NCBI GenBank assembly: GCA_030690215.1
Contig: JAUYHD010000004.1
Location: 31,090-95,089, forward strand
Origin: a bacterium
GTDB taxonomy: Bacteria; Patescibacteriota; Minisyncoccia; 1-14-0-10-42-19
Length of the DNA: 64,000 nt
Direction of reading: 5' to 3'
A model generated the notes under the pieces. It searched no databases. It worked only from the letters and a program-made list of their open reading frames with translations, and was not told the origin of the DNA. A program made the position numbers and the translations under genes. Numbering within the stretch: position 1 is the stretch's first letter; every line of letters starts with the position of its first letter. Shown piece by piece: positions 41,678 through 50,959 of the stretch.

Positions 41678-41899
41678 TTACATTGATGCTGACCCTCCCT
41701 TCCCTGCGCAATGCAAGCAATCTTTCTTATGGCTGATAACAAGATACACTGCCGAGATACCAACAAGAATATAAATAATTTTAGAGATCATGACATCCGA
41801 TCCTCCAAAAATAGTTCCGATTTCCCAGTTAAAAATGGCAAACACAAGCCAATTAAGTCCCCCCACAATAACAAGCAAAAATGCTATTTTGTGCAACAT
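41678..41899 (-). CDS. DUF378 family small membrane protein
   Basis: IAFLLVIVGGLNWLVFAIFNWEIGTIFGG...IIYILVGISAVY matches the DUF378 pattern. Confidence 0.6.
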   Translation of the reverse strand: MLHKIAFLLVIVGGLNWLVFAIFNWEIGTIFGGSDVMISKIIYILVGISAVYLVISHKKDCLHCAGKGGSASM

Positions 41900-42007
41900 G
41901 CAAATCTTTCAATTAAAACCTGACGACCTTTGCAATCGTATATAATCTATCCCTCTAGTATACCAGGCGTGTACACACCCGAGCTACATTGCTGTGAACA
42001 TGGCTCA

Positions 42008-42511
42008 CTATCGTTTGATAGCGAGCATCTCTACCGTAAAAATAAGCGTTGCATTGGGAGGAATTGCGCCCGGAATACCGCGCTCGCCGTATGCAAGTTC
42101 GGGCGGTATGGTAAGTTTGCGCACCTCTCCCACCTTCATGCCTAAAACTCCCGCATCCCAGCCCGGAATAACTTCGCCTGCCCCTAAAACAAAATTGAAT
42201 GGGGTGCCGCGGTCAACGCTTGAATCAAACTTCGTATCGTCTTGGAGCCATCCCGTATAATGAACCGTTACCACGTCCCCTTTTTGTGCGCCATTTCCGG
42301 AGCCCTCTTGGATAATAGCAATCTGCATCTCTACTTCTTTTGCTCCTTCGGAAGAAGCGGGCGTTGAATCATTTTTATTTTCTTCTGGCATGGCATTTTC
42401 TTGTGTGTCGGCTGAAGGCGCGGGCTGATTAAGAGAATTTTTTGCTATATACATGCCTCCGCCAAGCAACAAAACAACAATAATAATCGCATACGACCAC
42501 TTATTATTCAT
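42008..42511 (-). CDS. FKBP-type peptidyl-prolyl cis-trans isomerase, membrane-anchored
   Basis: [22 protein letters not shown]...[36 protein letters not shown]. Confidence 0.85.
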   Translation of the reverse strand: MNNKWSYAIIIVVLLLGGGMYIAKNSLNQPAPSADTQENAMPEENKNDSTPASSEGAKEVEMQIAIIQEGSGNGAQKGDVVTVHYTGWLQDDTKFDSSVDRGTPFNFVLGAGEVIPGWDAGVLGMKVGEVRKLTIPPELAYGERGIPGAIPPNATLIFTVEMLAIKR

Positions 42512-42615
42512 ACGGCTTTACGAAAAATAACATATAAAGTAATTATAACAATTAACCTTTTTCCTATTATACAATGGCATATGAAAGGTACCAAACCCCA
42601 AGGCAAGCCCTGGAC

Positions 42616-42722
42616 CCGCCCAAAAAACGCATACGTTTTTTGGGCCGTTCCGCCGCAAGCGGCGGGGTTTTCACCTTTGCTGCCTGCGTCGCTCAGAAAT
42701 GAATGTGCTTGCACATTCATTT
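42616..42722 (+). promoter_or_regulatory. Three consecutive perfect hairpins (gcccaaaaaacg/cgttttttgggc, ccgccgcaagcggcgg, gaaatgaatgtgc/gcacattcatttc) in the divergent region upstream of the desaturase gene
   Basis: Seen directly. The overlapping 90-aa ORF (42508..42780) is probably spurious. Confidence 0.5.
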
Positions 42723-42847
42723 CGTTCGCTATCCTCGGCAGATAAAAAAATACGAACCCGAAACACAAACATGGCTTCACAAAACAAGCAATCTACGGTA
42801 TGATACATACCAATCGGCTATTTAAAAAATGAATATCGGAGACGACA

Positions 42848-43924
42848 ATGAACAAAATTACTTTTGCAAAAGCGACGACATTTAGCGAAGAACTTCAAAA
42901 AAATGTAGAGGAATATTTCAAAACAACCGGAGAAAAAAAGAGGGATAACCCTCTTATGTTTTTCAAAGCAGCGCTCATGTTTGCTTGGTGTGGGGCAGCA
43001 TATTATCTGCTCATTTTTACTACCAACACCTGGGTAGAAGCAATCGGTTATACCCTATTTCTCTCATTTGCGGTATTAGGAATTGGGCTTAATGTCCAGC
43101 ATGACGGAAACCATGGGGCATTCTCAAAAAGGAAATGGGTCAACTACATCATGGGATATAGCCTTGATATTATAGGAGGCAGTTCGTTTTTTTGGCGCAA
43201 AAAACATAATATAGCCCACCACACATACACAAATATCCAGGGCGCAGATGATGACATAGACCTCGGGATATTTGCCCGCATGGCGCCCGAACAACCCTGG
43301 CGACGTTTTCATAGATTCCAGCATATTTATCTCTGGTTTCTCTATGGGCTTATGTTCTTCAGATGGCATTTTGACTTCGAGGCTTTCCGGAAAAGCCTCT
43401 TTCCCCCAAAAGACGGACCGCAACCCGGCACATGGGATAGAATTACGTTCTTAGGAGGGAAAATTATATTTTTTAATTTAGCATTCATCATTCCTATGCT
43501 CTATCACCCATGGTGGGGAGTGCTTGTATGCTACGCCTTTGGCATATTCAGCATCAGCGCTGTGACTGCAATTGTATTTTCTCTCGCTCATACTATGGAT
43601 GAAACAGAATTTCCCCTGCCGAATCCCCAAACACTGCATATACCAAGCGAATGGATGAAACATCAACTACAGACAACAGTAAACTTTTCACCAAACAATC
43701 CGCTTTTGACATTTTATTTGGGCGGGCTCAATTATCAGGTAGAACACCATCTTTTTACCAGAATCTCTCATATTCATTACCCAAAGCTCGCACCCATCGT
43801 ACAAGAAACATGCAAAAAATTTGGCATTCACTACCGCGTCAATACAACCCTATGGGGCGCGATACAATCGCATTATCAATTCCTCAAAAAAATGGGACAG
43901 CCCCACATGCAACCAATCGCATAA
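42848..43924 (+). CDS. Membrane fatty-acid desaturase with three His boxes (HDGNHG, HNIAHH, QVEHHLF)
   Basis: A 358-aa ORF. It has the His-box pattern of diiron membrane desaturases. Confidence 0.8.
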   Translation: MNKITFAKATTFSEELQKNVEEYFKTTGEKKRDNPLMFFKAALMFAWCGAAYYLLIFTTNTWVEAIGYTLFLSFAVLGIGLNVQHDGNHGAFSKRKWVNYIMGYSLDIIGGSSFFWRKKHNIAHHTYTNIQGADDDIDLGIFARMAPEQPWRRFHRFQHIYLWFLYGLMFFRWHFDFEAFRKSLFPPKDGPQPGTWDRITFLGGKIIFFNLAFIIPMLYHPWWGVLVCYAFGIFSISAVTAIVFSLAHTMDETEFPLPNPQTLHIPSEWMKHQLQTTVNFSPNNPLLTFYLGGLNYQVEHHLFTRISHIHYPKLAPIVQETCKKFGIHYRVNTTLWGAIQSHYQFLKKMGQPHMQPIA

Positions 43925-44113
43925 AAATATGTTTATCAAATACCTCGCGCGCTCGCGGGGTTTTATTTTTTATACGCATATACAAAAGACTGAGGTCGTG
44001 TATAATCATAATTAATGGCGTAACTTGGTGAGATGTGCGGGTGCGTCCCAAAGCCCCCATCCTCATAAAAGTTTGCTAGGGTCATACATTATTAATCAAC
44101 ACATACAATCAAA

Positions 44114-44296
44114 GTGGCTTACGATGACAGGAGCGGCCCCCCTACGGACCGCAAAATGTATCAGGGCGATTGGAAGTGTTCAAACTGCGGAGCTGAAATA
44201 AAAGAACTCCCGTTTGAGCCGGATCCTGCACGCATGGATAAACTCCAATGCAAGGAGTGCTACCGACAAACCCGTCCCCCAAAACGCCGATACTAA
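44114..44296 (+). CDS. Small zinc-ribbon protein (CSNCG...CKEC), 60 aa
   Basis: A CxxC-x19-CxxC arrangement. The start is uncertain (GTG, or the internal ATG). Confidence 0.4.
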   Translation: MAYDDRSGPPTDRKMYQGDWKCSNCGAEIKELPFEPDPARMDKLQCKECYRQTRPPKRRY

Positions 44297-44374
44297 AAGA
44301 CACAAAAAAGCCCGCATTCCTGCGGGTTTTTTTGTATCCAAAAGAAAAATCTGTTTGCCCCCACACCTGTTTTC

Positions 44375-44611
44375 TTACAAGATACTTGTCATGATCCTTC
44401 GTTTGAGTTGAGCGAGCGCATTACCATCTTTTTTTAACGAGTGCTCTCGATGTCTCGCATCTTCCTCTGAAAAATACGCTTCATAATATCGCAACTCAAA
44501 CGGAGCATGTGATTTTGTTGAACGCACCTGCCCCTTGTTGTGTTCTTCAAACCTTCGTCTCAAGTCGCTTGTTGAACCCACATACAGATTCTTATCCATT
44601 TTGCCCCGCAC
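44375..44611 (-). CDS. GIY-YIG nuclease (catalytic domain only). The likely start is the ATG at 44597-44599.
   Basis: NLYVGSTSDLRRRFEEHNKG. The 5' end abuts repeat family C, copy 2. Confidence 0.8.
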   Translation of the reverse strand: MRGKMDKNLYVGSTSDLRRRFEEHNKGQVRSTKSHAPFELRYYEAYFSEEDARHREHSLKKDGNALAQLKRRIMTSIL

Positions 44612-44889
44612 CAGAAAGCCCCGAGCGTAAGCTCAAGGGATGAACCCCGTTAGAAGTCTTGGGGGCAGAAAAATTTGTACTCAAATTTTTCTTTTACGCA
44701 CAAAGATGGATTTTCTCATAACACATAAACCAACCCCCCCCCCTCTCTCTCTTTTTTTTGTCCTTTGTGAGGATATGCCAGACTTCTAGCGGGGTGAATG
44801 GTATAAAACGGGCTTTCGGTGCGGGATTTCGCGCAACGAAAGCTCGAAGGGGTTGATACCCCGAGCGTAAGCTTCGGGGAGCGCTTCAC
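44599..44889. repeat. Repeat family C, copy 2, carrying a nested insertion of about 160 bp (about 44648-44808). The insertion contains a 'ccccgttagaagtc' family-B-like motif and a C/CT homopolymer tract.
   Basis: Aligned by eye to 31877..32012. Confidence 0.5.
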
Positions 44890-44955
44890 TTTTCAAGATA
44901 TAGACATAGAACATACAAACATCATAGCCGACTTGAGACGCATAAGAAAACAGGT

Positions 44956-45459
44956 GTGGGGGTTTGCTATACTAATTACAATACCATGAGAAAAATGATT
45001 ATACAAAAAACACCCTATTCTCTTACGATAAAACGAGGCAGAACGGGGTTGGGCTTATTCACAAACAACAGCATCAGAAAAGGCAGATTTGTAATTGAAT
45101 ACGGAGGCGACCTCCTGCCGACCAAAGAAGCAGACAGACGCGGCGGCAAATTTCTCTTCAAAATAAATAAAGATTGGGCAGTAGACGGAAAGTCGCGCAA
45201 AAATATTGCGCGCTATATGAATCATTCCTGCCGTCCAAACTGCGAAGACAAAATAAAAAAGAAAAGAAAAAGAATTTTTATATATTCCAAAAAAAACATC
45301 CGAGCCGGAGAAGAACTCTCATTTGACTACGGCAAAGAATATTTTGATGAATATATTAAACCGAAGGGATGCAAATGCATCACATGCCTAGAAAAAAAGA
45401 CGCGTAATACCCGTCACTACCATATCAAGGCCAACCGCTCCTATAAAAAATCCGCTTAA
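44956..45459 (+). CDS. SET-domain protein (putative protein-lysine methyltransferase) with a post-SET CxC motif
   Basis: NHSCRPNC, GEELSFDYG, CKCITC. Confidence 0.75.
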   Translation: MGVCYTNYNTMRKMIIQKTPYSLTIKRGRTGLGLFTNNSIRKGRFVIEYGGDLLPTKEADRRGGKFLFKINKDWAVDGKSRKNIARYMNHSCRPNCEDKIKKKRKRIFIYSKKNIRAGEELSFDYGKEYFDEYIKPKGCKCITCLEKKTRNTRHYHIKANRSYKKSA

Positions 45460-45999
45460 GCGCAAAAATATTCCCATTACTTTATCAAACGCGACCTTCA
45501 ACTTTTTAGAAAACATCTGCCGAAACATCAGCAACACAAAAATACAGATATAGTTAATACCGAGAATCATTGAAAGTATAGAGAGGCTTTCGGACGCGTT
45601 AAATTCGGACCCTATCAAAATACTTACTGAAATAGTCCCCGCCCCCACAAAAAAAGGGAGGGCTATTTCGGATGCAAGATCATCCAAGCTTTCTTTCATC
45701 CCCAAAAGAGCGAGACGCCCCTGCACAACGAACAAGAACGCTTGAGAAAAAATAATAATGCCTCCAAAAATCCGGAATGATTCAAAGTGGATTCTAAAAA
45801 CTTCTTCAAACAGAAATGTCCCCGAAAGCGAGAAAATGAAAAAAATAGCAAGAGAGATCAGAGACGCTTTCAACAGAACAACCAAAAAATCCTTTCGCGA
45901 AAGCGCAGACATGACCGGCTGAAGATACAAAAAAAGCGCAAATGGATTGAGGAGCGCAAGAAATGCAAGAATATAGGCGACGGCGGGAGAAGAGAACAT
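45388..45999 (-). CDS. MarC family (UPF0056) integral membrane protein
   Basis: A 203-aa ORF with six TM segments, LNPF near the N-terminus and FFVGAGTIS. It overlaps the convergent SET gene by 72 nt. Confidence 0.65.
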   Translation of the reverse strand: MFSSPAVAYILAFLALLNPFALFLYLQPVMSALSRKDFLVVLLKASLISLAIFFIFSLSGTFLFEEVFRIHFESFRIFGGIIIFSQAFLFVVQGRLALLGMKESLDDLASEIALPFFVGAGTISVSILIGSEFNASESLSILSMILGINYICIFVLLMFRQMFSKKLKVAFDKVMGIFLRLSGFFIGAVGLDMVVTGITRLFF

Positions 46000-46002
46000 G
46001 TC

Positions 46003-47307
46003 CTAAAAATCACGCAGATACCCCCAATTATGGAGCTTGTCGCTATCCTCAAACCATCTGTCCGCGATATCTTTGCGGTAATACATATTCGGCATCATGA
46101 TGTTTTTTATCCTCTTGTACGCCTGCGCTTTCGCCTGCTTCATTGTTTGCCCCGTCCCAACAACAATCAACACGACACCCGAAGTACCGGTGATAACCCA
46201 TTCGCCGTTTACTTCTTTTACGTCTTCAATGTGAATCCCGTCACGTTGCGGTTTTTTAAAAAAGATAACCGCATCCTTGGAGTTAATTTCAAATGTTTTG
46301 ACATCCCGATAAAACGGGAATGGCGGGACCACAAGACGAACGCCCACTTGAAACCCGCTTCGCGTACGGAGTTTTATCTGTTCGCCTGCCGCCAACTGAT
46401 ATAAAAATTCTCCAATGGGATTGAGCATGCCCTCCTGCTGAATGCTGATTGTAGGATAGCCGAAACGCGACGTAAACTCCAAAGGATAAATGCCATTTGC
46501 ATTCACAATGCAATTTAAATCAATGTAGCCGACATACCCCTCCTCTGCGAGCTTCCCTTCCATTTTTTTAAGCGTATTATTGAACACATTATTCGGCGCG
46601 CTCCAAAACATACTGGTTCCCATCTCGCCTGTAGACGGGCCTATATCCCCGGGAAACAATTTTTTGTGCTCAAAATTGACGTTAATCGGATATACAAATT
46701 CTTTCCCGTTGAAAAATGCCCCCACCCCAACCTCAACCCCCACCACGCGCTTTTGGAGCAAAAACAATTTTATTTTTTTTGAGAGTGATTTTTTGTATGC
46801 CAGAAGAAGCTGAATGACATCTTTGCCGTCTTCTTCCTCTCCCACAAACAAAAGCTGTTTTATATTCTGCGCGTCCAAGCTTGATTTAATGACATACCGG
46901 CCGGGATTATTTTTTACATATTCAATAGATTCATCAAACGAAGAAAAATTTTGATATGGCAAAATAAGCACCCCTGCCTTTTTGAGTTCCTCTTGGCCAA
47001 ATGAACGGTCATCCTCCAGCATATCGGTATAGGCAGTCCCCCCAACCACAAGCTTGCCGTCTTTACGAAGCCTCTGCGCCTTTTTCCCATGGCCCAGCAC
47101 ATCGTCAAACACAATAACGTCGGCCCATTCAACATCTTTTTGCCAATCATCTGTTTTTGCGATAAAGCCGTCGCCAATATCTTTTTCGGTGGAAGATTCA
47201 ATGAAATAGCGGACATCGTGCCCTTCACGCGCCACCTGCCAAGCGATATCCGTAATAAGACCCTCTATGGACACAAAAAGAAATTTTTTCTTTTCTATCA
47301 TATTCAT
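46003..47307 (-). CDS. PurD-like ATP-grasp ligase (phosphoribosylamine--glycine ligase homologue)
   Basis: 434 aa. NFEHKKLFPGDIGPSTGEMG corresponds to the PurD DHKR...GDxGPNTGGMG block, and the length and N-domain pattern are PurD-like. The canonical GGREHA motif is not obvious. Confidence 0.6.
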   Translation of the reverse strand: MNMIEKKKFLFVSIEGLITDIAWQVAREGHDVRYFIESSTEKDIGDGFIAKTDDWQKDVEWADVIVFDDVLGHGKKAQRLRKDGKLVVGGTAYTDMLEDDRSFGQEELKKAGVLILPYQNFSSFDESIEYVKNNPGRYVIKSSLDAQNIKQLLFVGEEEDGKDVIQLLLAYKKSLSKKIKLFLLQKRVVGVEVGVGAFFNGKEFVYPINVNFEHKKLFPGDIGPSTGEMGTSMFWSAPNNVFNNTLKKMEGKLAEEGYVGYIDLNCIVNANGIYPLEFTSRFGYPTISIQQEGMLNPIGEFLYQLAAGEQIKLRTRSGFQVGVRLVVPPFPFYRDVKTFEINSKDAVIFFKKPQRDGIHIEDVKEVNGEWVITGTSGVVLIVVGTGQTMKQAKAQAYKRIKNIMMPNMYYRKDIADRWFEDSDKLHNWGYLRDF

Positions 47308-47408
47308 ATGTTTATCCTACACCTCTATTCAAAAAAATAAAAAGTGTGAATAAGTTTTTTATATAAAAAAACGTCCGGCGATACGCCAGACGTACTATGT
47401 ATGTTGTA

Positions 47409-48323
47409 TTATGTGCTTGCTGTTTTTGGCAACTGCACTATGTTTACATAATCCAAGCCCCTGATAATCCAGTAGATTGGATCTTTTTCGTGCCATCGAA
47501 CGCCTCCGAAATTCGCATTACCCGGCCTCTGATGATGATTGTTATGATAACTTTCTCCCAACATGAGAAAATCAAATGGCAAAAAATTCCGCGACGTATC
47601 GGGGGTGTCAAAATTTCGATAGCCGACAAGATGCGCGAACCAATTAACAATCGCTCCATGAATCGGCCCCATGGCGCATGTAAAAGCCCAAAACGGCAAA
47701 ATATACAGCCATTCAAGAGGAGGAGTTATGTACGGAAACCACCCTAAAGAAATAAGAGGGTATGGGGATACGATTACATAGAAAATAAAATACGCAATGC
47801 CCCATGCGAGCCGCATATAATATGACTCGGCGAATGCGTCAAAAGCATCCCAGGTGGGCAAATTTTTCTTAAATCTCTCTTCTACGGGGAATGATCCTTT
47901 CCCGATACCGCTGTATGCTTCCCGCGTTCTCGACATCATAGAAATAATATCATTATCATATCGGGGCGAATGAACGTCCTTTTCTGTATCCGCATACGCG
48001 TGATGTATGCGATGCAATATTCCATATGTTTTTGGGCTTAAATAGGAAGAACCCATAGTAAGCCACGAGAATATGAAAAAAAATTTCTCCCATCTTGGAG
48101 TCATCTTAAACTGGCTATGAGCGGCGTATCTGTGATTAAAAAAGGATTGCGAGAACAGCGAAAGAAACCAAAAACAGAAAAAGTAAAAAACAATCCACCA
48201 CATGGTTCCATCTCCTTTTTGTAAATGAGCTCTATGCGAAAAATCAAATCGTTGTTTGATACTAATGCTAACAATCGCCCGCCGCACTGTCAACGAATCG
48301 CGCGCTTCTTCTTTACTCCACAA
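47409..48323 (-). CDS. Acyl-CoA (delta-9-type) membrane desaturase with His boxes HRYAAH, HRIHHAY, HNNHHQ
   Basis: A 304-aa ORF. The three-box pattern is typical of the stearoyl-CoA desaturase family. Confidence 0.75.
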   Translation of the reverse strand: MWSKEEARDSLTVRRAIVSISIKQRFDFSHRAHLQKGDGTMWWIVFYFFCFWFLSLFSQSFFNHRYAAHSQFKMTPRWEKFFFIFSWLTMGSSYLSPKTYGILHRIHHAYADTEKDVHSPRYDNDIISMMSRTREAYSGIGKGSFPVEERFKKNLPTWDAFDAFAESYYMRLAWGIAYFIFYVIVSPYPLISLGWFPYITPPLEWLYILPFWAFTCAMGPIHGAIVNWFAHLVGYRNFDTPDTSRNFLPFDFLMLGESYHNNHHQRPGNANFGGVRWHEKDPIYWIIRGLDYVNIVQLPKTAST

Positions 48324-48365
48324 AAAAACCGCTGATGCGCAAACGCAATCAGCGGTAGTTTGGTT

Positions 48366-49019
48366 TTAATGAATTATCGTGCCGAGAGGAATCTTCCGCA
48401 CCGAATCAGCTACCGTGCCCAGAATTTCGTTTTCTATATCCAGAAGCGCTTCGTCGTGTGCAACCCAAAAGCCCTCAAACGCCAACACAACAACATCCAT
48501 AGGAACAGAAATCGTAAGAATATTTTTTTCTATATTCTCATAGCATTGACGAATCGTCTGTTCCCATTTTTCGTTGGCAAACTCCATGAACAAACCCTTA
48601 TTCATTGAAAAAAGAATGAATAAAAATACGGCTATCGGCATTGAATATGAAACATCGCCCCGCTCGGCATCGTCTACAATCGTTTGGTTCATAACATCAA
48701 GGTATTCAATAAAGCCGGCTGTATGTTTTCTTCCGAGTTTCTCAAGCTCTTCGGTCCATTGCCCCTGATCAAGCAATCCGCCCCATACGGTAACCCCAAA
48801 AATATGCGGGATTGCTTCAACATCAGAAATGCGCTGGTCATCAATTTCTCCGCAAAAAACGGCTCCTCCGTCCTGTACTACATACGAGGGCACATCTGCC
48901 ATATATTGAAAACCTATCTCTTTTAGCTGTTCTGCTACTGCCCGAAAATATGTCGCATCGGAACGTATAATCAAAAGCCTTTTTGCGTTTTTGTTTTCTT
49001 CAGTTGCCATACGGAACAC
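48366..49019 (-). CDS. Hypothetical protein (217 aa), co-operonic with the desaturase and the SET gene
   Basis: ORF only. It overlaps the upstream SET gene by 20 nt. Confidence 0.45.
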   Translation of the reverse strand: MFRMATEENKNAKRLLIIRSDATYFRAVAEQLKEIGFQYMADVPSYVVQDGGAVFCGEIDDQRISDVEAIPHIFGVTVWGGLLDQGQWTEELEKLGRKHTAGFIEYLDVMNQTIVDDAERGDVSYSMPIAVFLFILFSMNKGLFMEFANEKWEQTIRQCYENIEKNILTISVPMDVVVLAFEGFWVAHDEALLDIENEILGTVADSVRKIPLGTIIH

Positions 49020-49407
49020 TCTCCTCCCCTAATGTTTTATAATCGACTGTCAATTCCTCGCCCGCATTGATATCACGCTGTGCGAAGTAATTGTATTGCT
49101 CATCATGATATATGTTCGGGGTGTCCGAATGGTTCAAATACCATCCTATGCACATCTTGTGAAAATCATGAGGCACCCAAAAGCCATCTTCATCCCTCAC
49201 CCCATATTTTTCAATAAGAGCTTTTTCTTCCTCATATTCTATATCGGAAAATTTTATAAAATCAGCATCTTCATTATCAAATAATCCCAGAAAAGAACCG
49301 GCGGGGATATCAAGTGCTGCGAAAACTCCAACACCCTGGATGAAAGATTGTCCTAGCACAAAATAAATAGTGCGCTCTCCTTTCTTTCTAGTAGCAAAAC
49401 TTGCCAT
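49000..49407 (-). CDS. SET-domain protein no. 2 (136 aa). The start is reassigned to the ATG at 49405-49407, which follows a gggaggagag RBS.
   Basis: GVGVFAALDIPAGSF..., NHSDTPN, AGEELTVDY. The track ORF extends to 49620, but the internal ATG has a strong SD. Using it removes a 78-nt divergent overlap. Confidence 0.7.
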   Translation of the reverse strand: MASFATRKKGERTIYFVLGQSFIQGVGVFAALDIPAGSFLGLFDNEDADFIKFSDIEYEEEKALIEKYGVRDEDGFWVPHDFHKMCIGWYLNHSDTPNIYHDEQYNYFAQRDINAGEELTVDYKTLGEESVPYGN

Positions 49408-49542
49408 TTTTACTCTCCTCCCTCTCTTTATTGTTAATTCTTTAGAGAAAATATCATTTTTTGTGTGGTTTGTCAATTGTATTAGTGGGCAAACCATGGT
49501 AAAAATGAGAGAATATTCTTTAAAAATATACGGAGGCAATAA

Positions 49543-50898
49543 ATGCTTAAAGATGAACGGCTGGATTCTTTGGCAAAACACGGCGCGAATGTCGCGCAAT
49601 TTGCGAGCTTTGACCCCCAAGGCAATATACGATTTGCCCGGGTGCGAGAACTTCCAAAAATAAAAACGGAAGATCTGAAAAAAGTAATATCTTTTGTGCT
49701 GGAACGCGGATGCGGTTCCGCAAACATACGTACATTCCTTCCCGAAAAACCCGATGGCAATCCATTTGAGTACGGGCTTACCAACAGCGAAGAAATTGCC
49801 GCAAAAATACGCGCCTATGCGTCACAGGGGTACTACACCATTCTTAACGAAACGATAGATATACATGACGGCGGGCTTTCAGGGGTGCTGTTCGGCAAAA
49901 TCATGGAAGGAGCGCCAAAAGATACCCCTCGCTGTGTGGAAAAGCCCGGATGCATGCTTCTCCCCCGCTCCATTGGATTCCAACTTATCAACGCAATATA
50001 CGGATTTCATTTCCATACCCCGTACGGCGAACATTGCAGAATTGAATTTTCCGTACATCCCGCACCCACAGGCCATCTCCGAGACAACCAAATTATTTGG
50101 CAAGTGGACGAATATGAGGATAGGGCGACCCCGCAAACAACCCCCCAAATCTTATGGCCGAATAAATACAGTGAATTTATCGGCGATAAAACATTTGGTC
50201 TCCTGATTGCATATCTCTTGGGATTTCCTGTGCCATTTACACGCGTATTTGCACGGGGAGTTCCCATGTTTAATTTCGGGGCAGAAATAGGCAAAAAGGA
50301 ACCGGTATGGGTCCGCACAGCGCCGCGCATACAAACACCCGGACGATTCAAAACAAAACGCGGGTGGCTCGATCCGTTTGAGATTATGCAAAAAGACGAC
50401 CCCGACAACAAAGACATAGCCGCAATACTTATCCAAGACGGGCTTTCTGCGGAATATTCCGGATCTGCAATAACCGACTACGCGGGCAATATAATAGTTG
50501 AGGGATGCAAGGGATATGGCGATAATTTTATGCTTGGCACAATCGCTCCGGACAAGCTTCCGCAAGAAGTTCTGGGGGGCATCACATTCATCTACGGCCG
50601 GCTCAAAGAAATTCTAAATGACATTAGATTTGAATGGGTATACGACGGAAGAAGAATCTGGGTTGTCCAGCTTCATACCGGAAAATCAGAAACCTCGGAA
50701 AATGTCGTATATCCGGGTGTACCAAAGCAATGGATTGATTTTGATCCGAAAGACGGATTGGAAGTTCTCCGCGAAATGGCGAAAGAAGTGGAAGGAAAAA
50801 ATATAGGCATCGTCGTACGGGGCCATGTGGGCATCACTTCACATGTTGGCGATATTCTCCGGAGAGCGAAGATTCCTTCATATATAGACAAACGATAA
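49543..50898 (+). CDS. Hypothetical 451-aa protein, possibly a PEP-utilising-enzyme-like phosphotransferase (PPDK_N-like N-terminus plus a swivel-domain-like C-terminus). It lacks a PEP/pyruvate TIM-barrel domain.
   Basis: An RBS (acggagg) precedes the ATG. The N-terminal LAKHGANVAQF resembles the PPDK_N GGKGANL motif. The C-terminal GIVVRGHVGITSHVGDILRRAKIPS resembles the PEP-utilisers mobile-domain TSH signature. Weak, by-eye similarity. Confidence 0.4.
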   Translation: MLKDERLDSLAKHGANVAQFASFDPQGNIRFARVRELPKIKTEDLKKVISFVLERGCGSANIRTFLPEKPDGNPFEYGLTNSEEIAAKIRAYASQGYYTILNETIDIHDGGLSGVLFGKIMEGAPKDTPRCVEKPGCMLLPRSIGFQLINAIYGFHFHTPYGEHCRIEFSVHPAPTGHLRDNQIIWQVDEYEDRATPQTTPQILWPNKYSEFIGDKTFGLLIAYLLGFPVPFTRVFARGVPMFNFGAEIGKKEPVWVRTAPRIQTPGRFKTKRGWLDPFEIMQKDDPDNKDIAAILIQDGLSAEYSGSAITDYAGNIIVEGCKGYGDNFMLGTIAPDKLPQEVLGGITFIYGRLKEILNDIRFEWVYDGRRIWVVQLHTGKSETSENVVYPGVPKQWIDFDPKDGLEVLREMAKEVEGKNIGIVVRGHVGITSHVGDILRRAKIPSYIDKR

Positions 50899-50959
50899 AA
50901 AAACGAAACAAAAAAAATAAACGGCACACACTGTGCCGTTTTTCTTTTTAGACATACAT

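Noticed and set aside
42508-42780. 90-aa minus-strand ORF between the FKBP and desaturase genes
   Set aside because: It is overlapped by three perfect hairpins and by the upstream gene's start. The composition is not protein-like, and it has no RBS.
49408-49620. N-terminal 71-codon extension of the second SET-domain ORF given in the track
   Set aside because: An internal ATG at 49405-49407 is preceded by a strong gggaggagag RBS. Using it removes an implausible 78-nt divergent overlap with the 49543 gene.
49865-50565. ORFs 49865..50206(+), 49879..50148(-), 50007..50417(-) and 50152..50565(-) inside the 451-aa gene
   Set aside because: They are embedded in or antisense to the longer frame, which has an RBS, and carry no motifs.
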